The notes under the pieces are model-generated. The model searched no databases. It was given only the letters and a program-made list of their open reading frames with translations, and had not been told where the DNA came from. Below are positions 13,141-28,109 of a stretch of 64,000 nucleotides of DNA, in pieces. The DNA comes from Octopus vulgaris. Lineage: Eukaryota. Both the position numbers and the translations under genes were made by a program. Location of the stretch: NCBI GenBank assembly GCA_951406725.2, contig OX597822.1, positions 9,424,001 to 9,488,000 on the forward strand, in the 5' to 3' direction. Position 1 is the first letter of the stretch; each line of letters begins with the position of its first letter.

Positions 13141-13878
13141 AATATATATGTGTGTTTATGTATATTTATATATGTGTGTAAATGTGCGTGCGTGCATACA
13201 CGGGTTATATTTCATTATTTCATGTCATCAGGAAATTACGTGAGTCAAGAAACAGATAAATTGACATAAATGACGGCTCGCATTGATATCCCGAGAAAAA
13301 TAGAAAAGCATTTACGAACAATTGTAATAAAAAATATTTACTTTCTTACATCACCAGAATGTCACACCCTTCAGCAGGCGGTGGGAGAATCCAGTAATTT
13401 ACCCCTACATCGATATTTGATTGGTTCTTATTTCATAGAAACCAGATAAATAAAAAGGCAAAATGAAAACCGGACGAGGTTTGTATCCATAATATAAAAA
13501 GAAGCAATTTTAAGCAACTAAATAGTGATCCCTGATATAGGCACAGGGTCTCAGATTGTGAGAGATGACTCAGGGGATTGTACCGAGCCCAATTCTATGA
13601 GCGTTGGTCAAAAAAATCCCTTGCAATATTTGTTCTGATTTTGTGCACTCTCAGGGCAAAGTCTGCGAGGGTTCAATTCGTTTTTCATCCTTCCGGGATC
13701 GATAAAATAAAATACTAGCCAAGCATTGGGATGACTTTCTCTCGCAATTAGTTGTGCTAAGTGGTAAATGTAGAGAAGCACACACAATGTCTCTTCGCTC
13801 CAAGATAACTGCTTCCATATTATTCATACTAGTGAGACAAGTGGTTACCAAGAATCTGACAAAACATGGCATGCAATG

Positions 13879-13943
<65 letters not shown>

Positions 13944-14074
13944 CGCATGTGTCTCGAATGGGCTAGAGTATTTCTATTTTGGATGTATTTGGGGTACTTA
14001 ATTGTGCTCATGACTTAGTGTTTGCTTCCTCCATGGGTACGAGTAAGTATCTCATTTATTTCTTTTGCCACATG

Positions 14075-14132
14075 TATCATTGACGAAGAGAGGGTTGTTA
14101 TAAGCTAACCCTGAAATCGATCCGATATGGTA
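14075..14132 (+). ncRNA. Variant type I hammerhead-like motif in a (TA)n-flanked element (13940-14280)
   Basis: UAUCA-UUGACGA-(AGAG)-AGGGUUG...UAACCCU-GAAA-UCG-AUC-CGA-UA-UGGUA. All three stems pair; C3U change and a 4-nt insert. Confidence 0.6.
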
Positions 14133-14278
14133 ATAATGGAATTTTTTAGAAATTTCTGTCCACTTTTTTTCGAGTAGCGTGCGTATTGTGTGAAAAGAAT
14201 TTTATGGTTAACGGACAATATGTCCAATTTTTCGGCATATTTGGCATTAGAAATTTTTTCGTTTGCCCTTATTTATGA

Positions 14279-14320
<42 letters not shown>

Positions 14321-14373
14321 CATGTATGTATGTGTGTGTTTGTATGTATAAATATGTATGTATATATGTATAT

Positions 14374-14424
<51 letters not shown>

Positions 14425-15494
14425 AAATAAGCAACAAGAATATTCAGATGCAGTAGGATCGTTTCATGCGATTCCATTTAATTGAACAAGGCAATCCTTT
14501 CATTACCACCTGCAACACAGCAGTCTGTGTCGGATAGTATTTTTGTCTTGAACTGTTGTTGTTTCTCCACCATTCTTTTCACAACAGTGTCCAGCTGTCC
14601 CTGAAGACGCATGCGCTTCGCTTTCTGCCCTTCCTTCTACTCAATCAGTTTACCATCTTGGTTTTGTAATACTTTCATGGTTGTAGCCAGAGACACCTCT
14701 TCTTTCGCTGCTTGCCTCCTTGTACGTACTCTTTCAGAGTCCATAGCGAATAACTAGCTCACTGCAGCAATGAATATCTCACTTCTGACACTAGTTGTTA
14801 CGCCGCACGTGCGGCATCCTGAAACCACCTACAACACAACAGTCTGTGTCCGATAGCTCAGAAGACTGAGTAGGCGAAACTCAGCAAACCAACTTGCTTA
14901 GAGCAAAGAAGCAGTAGTCAAAGAAATGAGAAGTGTTGAAAATAGCAAACAAAACCGTTGAGTATAACCAACATAAAAGAAATTTACTTAAGAGGCCAAT
15001 AACATTTATGGAATAAATAAACAGTTCCTTAGAGAGTTTTTAGAGAGTTCTTACATTCGCCTTTGAAATGTGTAGAATACTTTTGGTGAGCTCTTCTTTT
15101 ATTCACTAATCTAATGATTTGTCTTCTATCGTTTTCCTTCAGTTTTTTTCTTTTGGTTTTCGACTGAATTCATGTTACTTCCGAATTCGCGGTACCATTC
15201 CGCCTTCTTTACGTTGGCAAGTTCACCCTACTTTCGCAGTCAGTTCGAAAGCCCACTGTTTGCATTAACTGCCGAAACCAGCTTCACACTCCACACCAAA
15301 TACTGTGTCAACTGTTCCATACGAAAATTTCCCGGCACCACCGACTGCATGGCACTGACTATTACATAAAACTGTTCAAATCGGCTTCCAGCACTTCACA
15401 CATCAACGTCGCACATCGTCTTCCAGTCCGAACTTCGAACCACCTATTCACATTGGCTTCCAGTGCGAATTAATTCGCCACGTGGGCAATAGTA

Positions 15495-16782
15495 TCAGGT
15501 GATCCCATAAGTTCTGTCCGATTTTACCTTTTTTAAAATTGAATGGAATTTAATAGTATTTTAGAATGTCTAATGGAATTAAAAATTATTTTTATGCATT
15601 TGGGTACATTTAAACTAATTAAATATTATTTTACAGAATAATATAATTAAAATTTCTTTGATTAAAACCCTTTCTAACATGGACGTATCCAAAGTGCATT
15701 TGAGGCACATAATGCTTTATGAGTACAAAAAAGGAGACACTGCAGCTGAGGGGACTCGAAACATACACTCAGTTTATGGGGAAGAATGCTTGAATGAAAG
15801 AACTTGCAGAAGATGGTTTGCAAAATTCAGAAGTGGAGATTTCAGCCTTGAAAATGAAGATCGAACAGGACGTCCAGTTGAGTTTGATGATAAGTTCCTT
15901 GAGGCATTACTTGAAGAAAATCCTGCATTATCAGTTGAAGAATTGGCAATAAAGCTTAGTTCAAACCACACAACTGTTCATCGTCATCTTCAACAACTTG
16001 AAAAGGTTTGTAAACTTAAAAAATAGGTGCCTCATGAATTGTCCGAAAGCAACCGCAAATCCTGAGGTGACATCTGCTCTTCTCTCCATTCCCGTGAACT
16101 CATTTCGCCCTTTTTGGATTGACTTGTGACAGGTGACGAAAAATGGATCGTCTATCGAAATGTTAAACGTCGTAAACAATGGCTCGGTAAGAAGGAAAAA
16201 GTTCAACCACAACCGAGAAGGGAACTTCATGGGAAAAAAGTTTCTTCTATCTATCTGGTCGGATTGCAAAGGAGTAGTTCACTTTGAATCGTTACTACCT
16301 AATGCAACAATCAAGGCTCAAGTCTACTGTCAGCAATTAGAGCGTTTGAATCAAGCTTTGAAGGAAGAAAGTCCCGCGTTAGTGAATCGAAAAGGAGTGA
16401 TATTTCATCAGGACAATGCGCGACTCCACACTGCAAAGATCACATCACAGAAGATCGAAAAGCTTGGTTGGGAAAAATTCCTCAGCTATCTTATTCTCCC
16501 GACCTTGCTCCTTCAGATTACCATTTGTTTCGTAGTTTACAGAATCATTTGGGGGACATAACTTTCGCAAGCCGGGAGGAGGTCAAAACTGACATTTCAG
16601 AGTTCTTCGCTTTGAAACCAAAAGAATTTTACATTGATGGGATTAAAAAGCTCGTAAATAGATGGAAGGAAGTCATAGATAATCAGGGAATGTATATTGA
16701 TGATTAAATTTCAATTAAATATAACAATTGATCACTTGTTTTCTTTATTCAAAATTCGGACAGAACTTATGGGATGACTTGA
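15495..16782 (+). mobile_element. Full-length mariner (DD34D) DNA transposon
   Basis: About 27-bp TIRs TCAGGTGATCCCATAAGTTCTGTCCGA / TCGGACAGAACTTATGGGATGACTTGA, with TA on both sides. Confidence 0.95.
15679..16707 (+). pseudogene. Mariner transposase with stops and frameshifts
   Basis: HTH region RRWFAKFRSGDFSL..EDRTGRP, (W>stop)VPHEL, VTGDEKW, HQDNAR, YSPDLAPSDY spread over ORFs 15658, 16133 and 16468. Confidence 0.95.
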
Positions 16783-17129
16783 TATTTATACTTCACCCAT
16801 AGTGTAAAAGCACGCCTACTTTTTAAACAGTCACGTGATCACAAAGATGTGGTTTTCGTCTTCGCTTGCAAAACCAGAGAGCGGTCTTCTAATTTGCGTC
16901 GTACGAAAGAGAAATTATCTGAATGTAATTTTTTCGTTCATAATATTTGTGTGTGCGTGTGTGTGTGTGTGCACGTGTACACATACATATGTGTGAATGT
17001 GTGTGCGCACGAGATTAGTGAGTGTGTGTGTGCGTATATACACATAATGTGTTATGTGCGCATGTATGTATGTATGCATCTATCTTTCTATGTTTTGTTC
17101 TGTTTTTAGTTATTCAAACTCCTCCTCTG

Positions 17130-17640
17130 AACAATGAGCTGGTTTCTATTAAAGATACAAAACTCTGTCATTAGAATTCAGATACAACAAAAAACAGTGT
17201 CACGTTTTAAACTTGGGAAAAATCTTCATACCTCTACGGCTCCACTTACAGATTGTATTTTTAATATGCAAATTAGTTGGTTAATTTCTTCTTCTGAAAA
17301 CACCTTGCTTATCCAGATTGTCTCTCAGGCATTTACTCATAAACTAAGTGCACCAATTATTGTCATAGATTGGAATTTATGATCGGGATACAGAAGTCGG
17401 AGGTTTCGAAGCAGTTGTCCATAGTTATCCTCTTTCTCTTTGATTTTCAAAGAGATATTCATATCAGCAAGACAGCTGACCCCTATAATGGGTCATGTCT
17501 TTTTTTCATGCCCCAAACAACAATATCTGGCTTGTTATGTTTACACTTGACATATGGGTTGATAGAAATGTTCCCCCAGTACTTCTTGTGCGGATGCTTG
17601 TGTCTGTATTCAATAAGAAGGGGATTTCAGGAAGTCTCTT
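17130..17640 (-). mobile_element. Decayed RLE-type non-LTR retrotransposon 3' end
   Basis: Manual minus-strand translation KHNKPDIVVW...IIGVSCLADMNISLKIKEKEDNYGQLL...IIGAL matches a PD-(D/E)xK restriction-like endonuclease. Confidence 0.7.
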
Positions 17641-17700
17641 TTTCGTATGTATGTATGTATGTATGTATGTATGTTTGTATGCATGTATTATGTATGTATG

Positions 17701-17734
<34 letters not shown>

Positions 17735-18600
17735 TGTATGTATGTATGTATGTATGTATGTATGTATGTATGTATGTTTGTATGCATGTATGTATGTATG
17801 TATGTATGTATGTATGTGTGAATGCATGCATGCATGCATGCATGTATGTATGTATGTATGTATGTATGTATGTATGTATGTATGTATGTATGTATGTATG
17901 TATGTATGTATGTATGTATGTAGCAGAGTGTCTAGGTCGGCCAGTAGAATCATTCGGTATTGTAGGTCTTTATATCCGGATAGTCAGACCAGTCTTCGAG
18001 GGTTGACTAGTGGTCGGTAGGGAATGACTCGTGAATTACCTCCAGGCCTTAGCTGCCATATGAGACCTCATCAGCGATGGGAAGACCAAATCTGATATGC
18101 TTCTTAGAATGAAATGGGTCTATGAAATAGTTTTACTCTGACACGAGTCGACTCTCACGTATATAACTGAAAAAGAAACCAGATCGCAAATCAGAGTTCT
18201 TCGCAGATCCAAAATCACGATGATCGCCAAGAGCAGTCAGCTTCTACCATTTGTAGTCTCTGTTCTACAAAAATGTATTCAGAGTAGGCCTATTTGACCA
18301 TGCCAGGAATGCTACTCTCACCCATCGCTCAGCTAATTTACTTCTCCCTCTTCATGCCAAGTAGTATTTGTAAACGCTGGCTAGAAAGAAAAGAAATGTG
18401 CGATTAGTACACTACCTCTTTCACTATACCCAAACGAAAAGTACCTGACATTTTTATTAATAGGAGAGTGTGGGACAATTTCTACGGCCGATTCGAGTGA
18501 TAGTCGGGTACTTACATCACGAGGAGACAAGTCTTCAACAGAAGTCCATAAGTCAGCGATAACATAAAACCGAACGAGTGGGTGCAGAACGCTTTCGTCT

Positions 18601-18666
<66 letters not shown>

Positions 18667-19249
18667 GTCTCTCTCTCTCTCTCCTATCACTGCATGCATT
18701 TGGGATCGACTTCATGATCCTATAGGTTATCTTAAAACTATATCACTCGCTCAGCGACTATTCAAGGATCCGAGGCCTAACGCCCTCCGAAACCGACTAC
18801 GGACATTTTCATTCCCACCCAGAGCTTCATGCAGAACATCATGTCTGCTACAAAATTCAAAGATTGATATCCTCGCCGATCACATTACTCAATTGTTAGA
18901 ACACTGCACGCATTTGAGAGGCTTCACTTCTGATACCAGTTTCCCGACTACTGTTAGTGCTTCACCCAGTGAAGACGAGCGAAAGAAACACGGTCACAGA
19001 TACTGCAAGCACAAGGCATACCAGTGCAGCGTCAGCCAAGGTATGTCGGAGCCTGAATGCAGATGCTGTTGGCAGCAAATAGACCATCTTACGAGTGTGG
19101 AATTTTCTAAATTACTTTGTTGATTTATAGGTTGGGAAAAGAGAAATTGTCTTGGACCCCTGGAATTACGCAACACTCACGCGCGCACATACACGCACAC
19201 ATACGTTTAAACATATACATATATACATACATAGAAACACACACATTGT

Positions 19250-19296
<47 letters not shown>

Positions 19297-19666
19297 AAAG
19301 ATACATGTGCATATAGACATCTGTGCACACATGCGTTTAAACATATACATATATACATACATATATATATACATATATATATATATACATACAGACATAT
19401 ATATATACATATATATAAAAGACACATGTGCATATAGACATCTGTACACATATGTATACAAGTATATACATAAATATGCATGATTATATACAAACAAACT
19501 TTTATGAACGGATATATCCGCATCCTTATACAATGATATACATACGCCCACATAGGCATTTGTGTGTATGCGCGGATGTACATGCGTATATGTGCGTATG
19601 TATTACATACACATGCGAACAAAAATTCATACATATACACTTACAAACGTTAATACAACTCTACAT

Positions 19667-19699
<33 letters not shown>

Positions 19700-20322
19700 C
19701 AAACGTACGTACATACATATATACATACATCCATACATACATCACACAATACCCAAATCATCTCTGTCTGTTCAACATATATTTGAGCTGCAGGCGAATC
19801 TAAGCAGTCATTGATCCGTGAATGAAAGGCAAGCAATGTGAAATGACAGAGAAAAAAATATATAGTAAATAGAAAATCGATAAGAATTGTCTCAGTAGGT
19901 GAGCTTACTGCCACCACAATTCCATCAACACAAACAATCACCACGACCACTACAACCTCCACCTCTAAATAACGACTAATGCTGCCATAACACTCTCGCC
20001 ACTCCTCAGCGTGGCACCGCTTTCGTCATATTCCGAAAGCACATGCTATTTTCTCATTAGATTTGCACGTTGGTGAAGCTGACCGCGCAAAAGAACTGTC
20101 AATAACAGTCGAAGAAAAATAAGAAGAATCAGAATTCTGCCAATTTTTTTTCCCCACCATTTACTACTCTTCTCCTCTTTCTCTTTCTCCTTCTTCTGAT
20201 CGTTTTCTATGAGTGCTGTGTCTGTGTGAGTGTATTGTTCGTATACGTACATGCAACAATAGGCTTTATATATAGATATATATATACTCATGTGTTTTCA
20301 TACAGACATACGTACGTAGGTA

Positions 20323-20358
<36 letters not shown>

Positions 20359-20753
20359 GTAGGAGGAAAAGAACAAATGCGCATACGTATGTAGACACAC
20401 ACATATATATGTCTTTGTATACACTTTTCACCGCATGTACGTATGTGTGTATGTACGTGCATATACATATATACATACATACATACGTACGTACGTACGT
20501 ACATACATACGTACGTCCATACATACATGCATGTATACATACATACATACATACATACATACATACATACATACATACGTACGTACATACATACATATAT
20601 ATATGCTCATGTACACGCGGTGCAGAGTATATACTAAGACAACAATACGCATGCTGGAGTACAAATACATTCAAACATTCACACATATAAAACTTCCAGT
20701 CTATCACACACACACACACACACAGAGGCAGACAGACTGACAGACAGACAGAC

Positions 20754-20835
<82 letters not shown>

Positions 20836-21164
20836 GTATACGACGGGCTTCTTTCAGTTTCCGTCAAGGAAATCCACGCACTAGGCTTTGGTAGGCAGGT
20901 GACTATAGTAGAAGACACCTACCCAAGGTGCCGATTCAGGTAAAAACCTTGTGACGTGCAATTCAGAGCTCTTACATCATTATTCGGCCACCACATATTA
21001 TCTTATATGCTTTAGGGGGTCTTCTAGAACTGGATACACAAGCAGAACTCCTCTTTGCATAGGGTTAATGCAAGAATAATATAACACTCGGATGGAGAAG
21101 ATCAGGCTTAATAGCAGACCACAACATTTGCTTCTACACCATACACCAACTTTAAGTCACTGAC

Positions 21165-21660
21165 GGAGCTTGCTTCCCAATCACATGGTTCCGGGTTCAG
21201 TACCACTGCGTGACTCCTTGGGTAACTATCTTCTACAATAGCCTCGGGCCGACCAAGGCCTTGTGAGTGAATTTGCTTGACGGAAACTGAAAGAAGTCGT
21301 ATATATATGTGTGTGTGTCTGTCTGTCTGTCTGTTTGTGTGCGCGCGCGTGTGTGCATGTATTTAAGTATCTGTGTTTGTCCCCCCGCCATCGCTTGACA
21401 ACCGATGTTGGTGTGTTTACGTCCCCGTATTCTAGAGGATCGGCAAAAAAGATCGATAGAATAAGTATACATACATATATATATATATATATATATGCGA
21501 CAGGCATCTTTCAGTTTTCGTCTACGAAATCCACTCACGAGGTTCTAGTCGGCTTGAGGCTATAGTAGAGGACACTTGCCCAAGGTATCACGCAATGGGA
21601 CTGAAACCGGATCCATGTGGTTGTGACGCAAGATTCCTATCACACAACCACGCCTGCCCC
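21165..21660. mobile_element. Two SINE family A copies in inverted orientation (21165-21466 +, 21497-21660 -)
   Basis: CACATGGTTCCGGGTTCAG...CTTGGG and its reverse complement. Confidence 0.8.
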
Positions 21661-22123
21661 TATATAATAATCATAAAGATTAACCATATACCATTATAAA
21701 TAATGTTATGTGAATATAAATTCAGCAACTCAAAGCTGGTGCATAGATATTGAAATCTATCAAAGCCGGATCCGGAAATCCTCCAGCCTCGTATTATATT
21801 ATTAGTTATATATATATATATGTATATATATATATACACGCACATCTTCTTCCATAGCTTTCAGTCGAGCCAAGACTTTCCGGTGAAGTTTATCTTACAG
21901 AAAATGTTTTCAAGCCCAAAGGATGGATTCAGCTTGCATTTCAAACGGCCTGCGTTGTCAGATTCTGTCATTTTGACATTGATTTTCACCGAGAACTGCC
22001 TTAATGGTTCGGGCGTCGGTGGAATATTCAGCTCTATACTCGTTATACGAAAGTGTGGAGCTCAAAGGGTGAACAGTTAGACTGCTCACCGTCGAAATCG
22101 ACGAAGTGTCATTTTGGTTATAA

Positions 22124-22198
<75 letters not shown>

Positions 22199-22261
22199 TT
22201 CAGGAATATTAAATTTCTAAATATCTCATAGAGATATGTACGGTGGTGGGGCGATAGAATA

Positions 22262-22376
22262 GTTGTATACTGTCAATTTAATGTGACAGTAGGGATTACA
22301 CCACCGCTGTTTAGCCCTAGGACTAAACAGCGGTAGTGTAATCCCCTACTGTCACGTTAAGTTGACAGTATACAAC
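22262..22376. repeat. Near-perfect zero-spacer palindrome (about 115 bp)
   Basis: GTTGTATACTGTCAA...GCTGTTTAG CCCTAGGA CTAAACAGC...TTGACAGTATACAAC. Confidence 0.95.
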
Positions 22377-22408
22377 CATTATATATATAGTTAGATATAT
22401 ATATATAT

Positions 22409-22484
<76 letters not shown>

Positions 22485-22519
22485 AACTTACTTGGAAATA
22501 TATGCGTGGCGTTCGATCA

Positions 22520-23155
22520 TATAATAATATAAATAATATATATATACACACATACATGCACAGGCCTACATATATATGTATGTATACATGCATATATGAG
22601 CAACAGTCTTAAAAAAACGTGAACAAAATGAGAAACGAGAACATAAAAAACGAATTTATTTTTAACAACGAAACGAAACAAATAGAGAAACGAGACGTGC
22701 AACATAAAGAACATTCCCTTCATCAGTTGTCCCCTATTTTATCTACTCCGCGTTTCGAAGGCAAGGACAAGACGCGACTTCATTAAAACAGTTCTTCCCG
22801 AAAAGCAAATTAAATAAAACTCGGGATTTTTTGCGGAGGGTAAAAGTGGGGACAAAAACAAGACAGTGAGAACAAAGCAGTAGAAACAAACGGCGAGGGC
22901 TTCGAAATGCGGAGTAGATAAAACAGGGGGCAACTGATGACGGGAATGTTCTGTATGGTGCCTGACACGTTTCTCTATTTGTTTCTTTCGTTGTTCGAAA
23001 AAATAAGTTCGTTTTCCATGCTTTTCTTTTTTATGTTCTCGTTTCTCATTTTGTTCACGTTTTTCTTACGCCCTGTACCTATATATGCATGTATCTATAC
23101 ATATATACGTTGGCATATGCATGTATGTGTGCATATATATATTATTTATATCATA
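22520..23155. repeat. About 250-bp inverted repeat pair, Penelope-like terminal repeat arrangement
   Basis: 22520-22760 is the approximate reverse complement of 22900-23155. Confidence 0.8.
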
Positions 23156-23157
23156 TA

Positions 23158-23249
<92 letters not shown>

Positions 23250-23392
23250 CATATATATATATTATATGCTCTCACCCCGTTCTTCTCCTCACCTTTCAGT
23301 CACTTTCACTCTCTTCATCAGCCGTTTATTTAGTATTTTCTCAGTCAGATGTCAATCGATATTCTTTTATTCATACTTCTTCATATCTGTGT

Positions 23393-23432
<40 letters not shown>

Positions 23433-23544
23433 TGCGTGTGTGTGTGTATATTCACAAATATATGTCTGTAAATATATGTGTATAACATCTGTATCTATAT
23501 TTATCTATCTATCTACACACACATATATATATATATATATACAT

Positions 23545-23595
<51 letters not shown>

Positions 23596-23791
23596 TATTT
23601 ATATGTAAATATATATATACTATATGCTTTATATATGCATATATACATTCATAGTTTTATATATAGATACACAAGCACAAATACATACATGAATGTATAT
23701 ATATATATATTCATATATATATATGCATATATATATGCATATATATATATATACATATATATGCATATATATGTGTGTGTGCATATAGATA

Positions 23792-23829
<38 letters not shown>

Positions 23830-23880
23830 TATTTATATTTAGATATACGTTTATATATGCATGCATATGCACACACACAT

Positions 23881-23912
<32 letters not shown>

Positions 23913-24506
23913 TAACATACACCTACATATGCAATACGCACACATGCACGTATTGTGCGCCTGTGTATGTGTGTGCATATGTCAATGTGTGCATATATAT
24001 TCCCCCCTCTCCTCCCCATTATTTTCATTATTTGATGCCTTTGTATCTCGCAAGTTCTACCCCCCAAGTAACCCATATGCTGTTATTTATTTTTCTTCTG
24101 ATTATTTGATTTTTTTTCCTTTACTATAAATATATGTGTATTTTTTTGTTGTTGTTGTTCTTGCCGTCTTTCTTAGCAATAAATCGTTTGTAATTTAGTT
24201 TTATTTATTCAGATTATTTATTTGTTTATTTATTGAGATTATTTATCAATAAGGAAGTTCTTTGATAGTCGTAAAACTTATTTAGAGCTTACAATCACTC
24301 AAGTGTCAGCCACACACATTGCCGTGATATCACCTACTGATACACACCAATTGCATACGTCATCTGCATATCTTGACACAAAACCCATTTCCTTATGTAC
24401 GCATACCTACCTATTGATATAATTTGTCTGCACTCTTGGACAGCAATTGTTGTTCTTGCTGTTTTTGCTACCACCATAATAATCATCATCATCATTGTTA
24501 TAATTA

Positions 24507-24537
<31 letters not shown>

Positions 24538-24642
24538 CATCATCATCATCATCATCATCATCCTCATTATTATTATTATTATTATTATTTTATTTTTATT
24601 GGTGTTGTTATTATCATCATCATCACCATCAATATCCCCATT

Positions 24643-24678
<36 letters not shown>

Positions 24679-24985
24679 GTCATCATCATGAACATATTTC
24701 TTTTATTTGGTGTTCGTTCAGTTTTTTTTCTTTTTGCCTTTAGTTCGTTGTTATTCTGTTGTTTTATTTATTTTCTTTTTCTTCTTTTTTCTTGCTTTTT
24801 TTTTTTTTAGCATACTGACGTCTCTCAAGATATTTCGCAGAAAATTAGATTATTGCCAAGTTTTACTGACTGAAAATGTTTCTTTTATGTGGATTTAGGA
24901 GGATTATCTTTGAAATTGGGGTTTCAGAGCGTGCATACATCTAACTCATGCCTGCCTGGGATACACAGACAGTCTGTACGTACGT

Positions 24986-25030
<45 letters not shown>

Positions 25031-25034
25031 CAAA

Positions 25035-25108
<74 letters not shown>

Positions 25109-25360
25109 CATACATACATTTATGCTTTCTTTATTTGTGAACTTATCCACCAATGCAGTGTTGAACACTCATTCCAACGTTCTACTTTTACACACACGCA
25201 CACACACATATATCTATATACGTATATATATTTATATATATATATGCAAATATATTTATATATATACATATATGCACATATACACACACACACACACATA
25301 TATATACATACACACATATATATACATACATACATACATACATACATACATACATACATA

Positions 25361-26090
25361 CAGGGTGCGTTAGATACTTGAGGACATACCTTTTTGGGGG
25401 TCATTGCTGCAGTTTTTGCTAACACTGTATAATCTTTGTTTCAGAAAATCATAATGGCAGACCCTCAGCTTACACACGAAATGAAGAGGCATGCTGTTAT
25501 TGTGCTTATAAAGGTTGAGCATCGCGATTTAGAAATATCTCGATTTTTAAAAGTTGCCACATCTTTTGTCTACAAATTTTGTAAGGAGTTTAGAGACTGA
25601 AGATGGAAATGCATCACCAGTATCAAAGCATAAAAGTATTCTAATCGCTCTGAAATCATCAGAACACCTGAATTTATCCAGCAAGTTCAACAGACCATTG
25701 ATTCCAATCCCAGAACATCCATGACATCAATTGCAAAAGATCTCCATGTGTCAGAAGGAACAGTCAGAAATGTTGTTCACGAAGACATCAGATGTGAATC
25801 TTATAGGGTGAGGAAAGGTCAATTTGTCAGAAAAAGAAAAGGAAATCACTACATCAGATCTAAAAGGTTCTTAAACAAAATGAAGAGTCTAGTAGAAGAT
25901 TTGATTTGGTTTTTCCCAAAGGAAAAAACTTCGATTAATATCAAAACGTTAACAGAAGAAACGATAGATGGTTATGTGCAAACCCTTCTGAAGTTCCAAG
26001 TGTTATGCATACAAAATTTCCTGCAACCGTCATGGTTTTAGGGGTTGTCAGCGATGAAGGACATGTGATGTCTCCTTACCTCTTTCCACA
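25361..26090 (+). mobile_element. Tc1/mariner superfamily (DD37D/maT-like) transposon 5' fragment
   Basis: TA|CAGGGTG start; MADPQLTHEMKRHAVIV...IRTPEFIQQVQQTIDSNPRTSMTSIAKDLHVSEGTVRNVVHED...KFPATVMVLGVVSDEG with frameshifts. Confidence 0.8.
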
Positions 26091-26395
26091 CAAAATGCCT
26101 GAATTTTACGGTATCTCGAAGGAAGAACCGTATCCTATATGAATTAACTTTAAGACAATACGAATCAAATACGATGGTAATTGAAGAGTAGTTGGAAGAC
26201 AAGTATGAGGCGCTCATAATGGCAGATGATTATTAAAGACAGTCGTTCGTGGTCTTTTAGTAGCTGAAGAACCACAGCGCCAAAACGCCAAAGAATCTGG
26301 CATCCTTCACAACTCTGCTAAAACTAAAAATGATCAAGGACAATCTTAGAGTACCCATTCCTATTAGGTGTACCAATCTCGCATCTTAATACGTT

Positions 26396-26798
26396 ACTCT
26401 TTTACTTGTTTAAGTCATTTGACTGCAGCCATGCTAGAGCGCCGCCTTTAGTCGATCAAATCGACCCCGGGACTTATTCTTTGTAAGCCCAGTACTTATT
26501 CTATCGGTCTCTTTTGCCGAACCGCTAAGTAACGGGGACATAAACACACCAGCATCGGTTGTCAAGCAATGCTAGGGGAACAAACACAGACACACAAACA
26601 CACACACTTATATATATATATATATACATATATACGACGGGCTTCTTTCAGTTTCCGTCTATCAAATCCACTCACAAGGCTTTGCTCGGCCCGAGGCTAT
26701 AGTAGAAGACACTTACCCAAGGTGCCACGCAGTGGGACTGAACCCGGAACCATGTGGTTGGTAAACAAGCTACTTACCACACAGCCACTCCTGTGCCT
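26396..26798 (-). mobile_element. SINE family A, full length
   Basis: Reverse complement of 61720-62120. Confidence 0.9.
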
Positions 26799-27299
26799 AA
26801 CATTACATTATGTTCCACACCACCCCTCTTGTTTTTTCCGTATTTGTGCGTTTGCACACGCTTTATAACTCCTTTCGAATGACACGTTCTGCATTTAATG
26901 TATAGACCCTTGAGGCCAATAAATTATTGTTGTTGTTGTTGTTTCGTTATTTCTATTGTCTCTTTGTTTTAATGACGGTATTGTTTCGTCTGTGTAGTTT
27001 CAGTAATAGTTGTAGAAGATGTTTGGAAAGATGATGACTTTTTCCTATATCGAATATATGTTAAAGAGAAACAAGCGAAAGAAGTACGAAGTACAGGATG
27101 GAGGGAGAGAGAGAGAGAGAGGAAGGAAGTGTTTAAAGACGGTTGTCAGAAACAATCTCATGAAAAGCCTGACATGAGATAAAAATATGGAAACATATTA
27201 GAGATGTAATTAGCTTTTTCTGTTCTTGGTCAAAAAAAGAAGTTAATCTATCATAACTAATAAAGAACAAGTTATCTTATCACGGTTGAATGAAAGAGA

Positions 27300-27353
<54 letters not shown>

Positions 27354-27575
27354 AGGAAAGAAAGAAAGAAAGAAAGAAAGAAAGAAGGAAAAAAACAAAG
27401 ACAGGCAGACAGAAAGAAAGAAAGAGAGGAGGAGGGGGAGGATAAGAAAAGGAGGAGGGGAGATGAAGAGCAGATGATAATGATGATGATGACGACGACG
27501 TCGAAGAAGAAGAAGAAGAAGAAGAAGAAGAAGAAGAAGAAGAAGAAGAAGAAGAAGAAGAAGAAGAAGAAGAAG

Positions 27576-27607
<32 letters not shown>

Positions 27608-28109
27608 TTTTGACAACACTTGTGGTCAGCAAAGTTTTAGCTATATTGTTTTTGTTGGTGAGATGACAGCTTTGGAACCGTACTAGCGAAAGAAAAGAGA
27701 GAATAATGAAAAAGATAAAATAATCAGCAAAAACAACGACAAAAAGTAACAAAATAAACAACAGAACAACAAAATGGAAGCAAATGCAAAGACAAAAAAA
27801 TACATATTCTGTTCTTTTGCTCAAAACAAAACTATATGTCTTCAGAATATCAGCCTATTTCCATAGCAGATCTAGAATAACTTCTGCTCAAATATTTATC
27901 GTATTTTCCAGAATACGAGTCGAAATTTTCGGGCCAACATTTACAGCCGAAAAATGGTTGGCCGACTTATTCTCCAAGAGGACTAAAAATTCCATGTAAA
28001 ATGCAGCAAGATTTAGAAAAATAGTGACGGTGTTTGAATGTATATACTACATATTTTATACTACATTTTACGGAGAATACTGTTTATGTATCTAGTTAGA
28101 AATATTGCT

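Noticed and set aside
18040-18075. CUGAUGA-GGUCU...AGGCC on the minus strand
   Set aside because: The stem is followed by UGGA rather than GAAA, with no stem III or cleavage triplet
20056-20123. Possible terminal coding exon (DLHVGEADRAKELSITVEEK*), and a similar candidate at 21858-22003
   Set aside because: Only an acceptor-like signal; peptides unrecognisable and no linked exons
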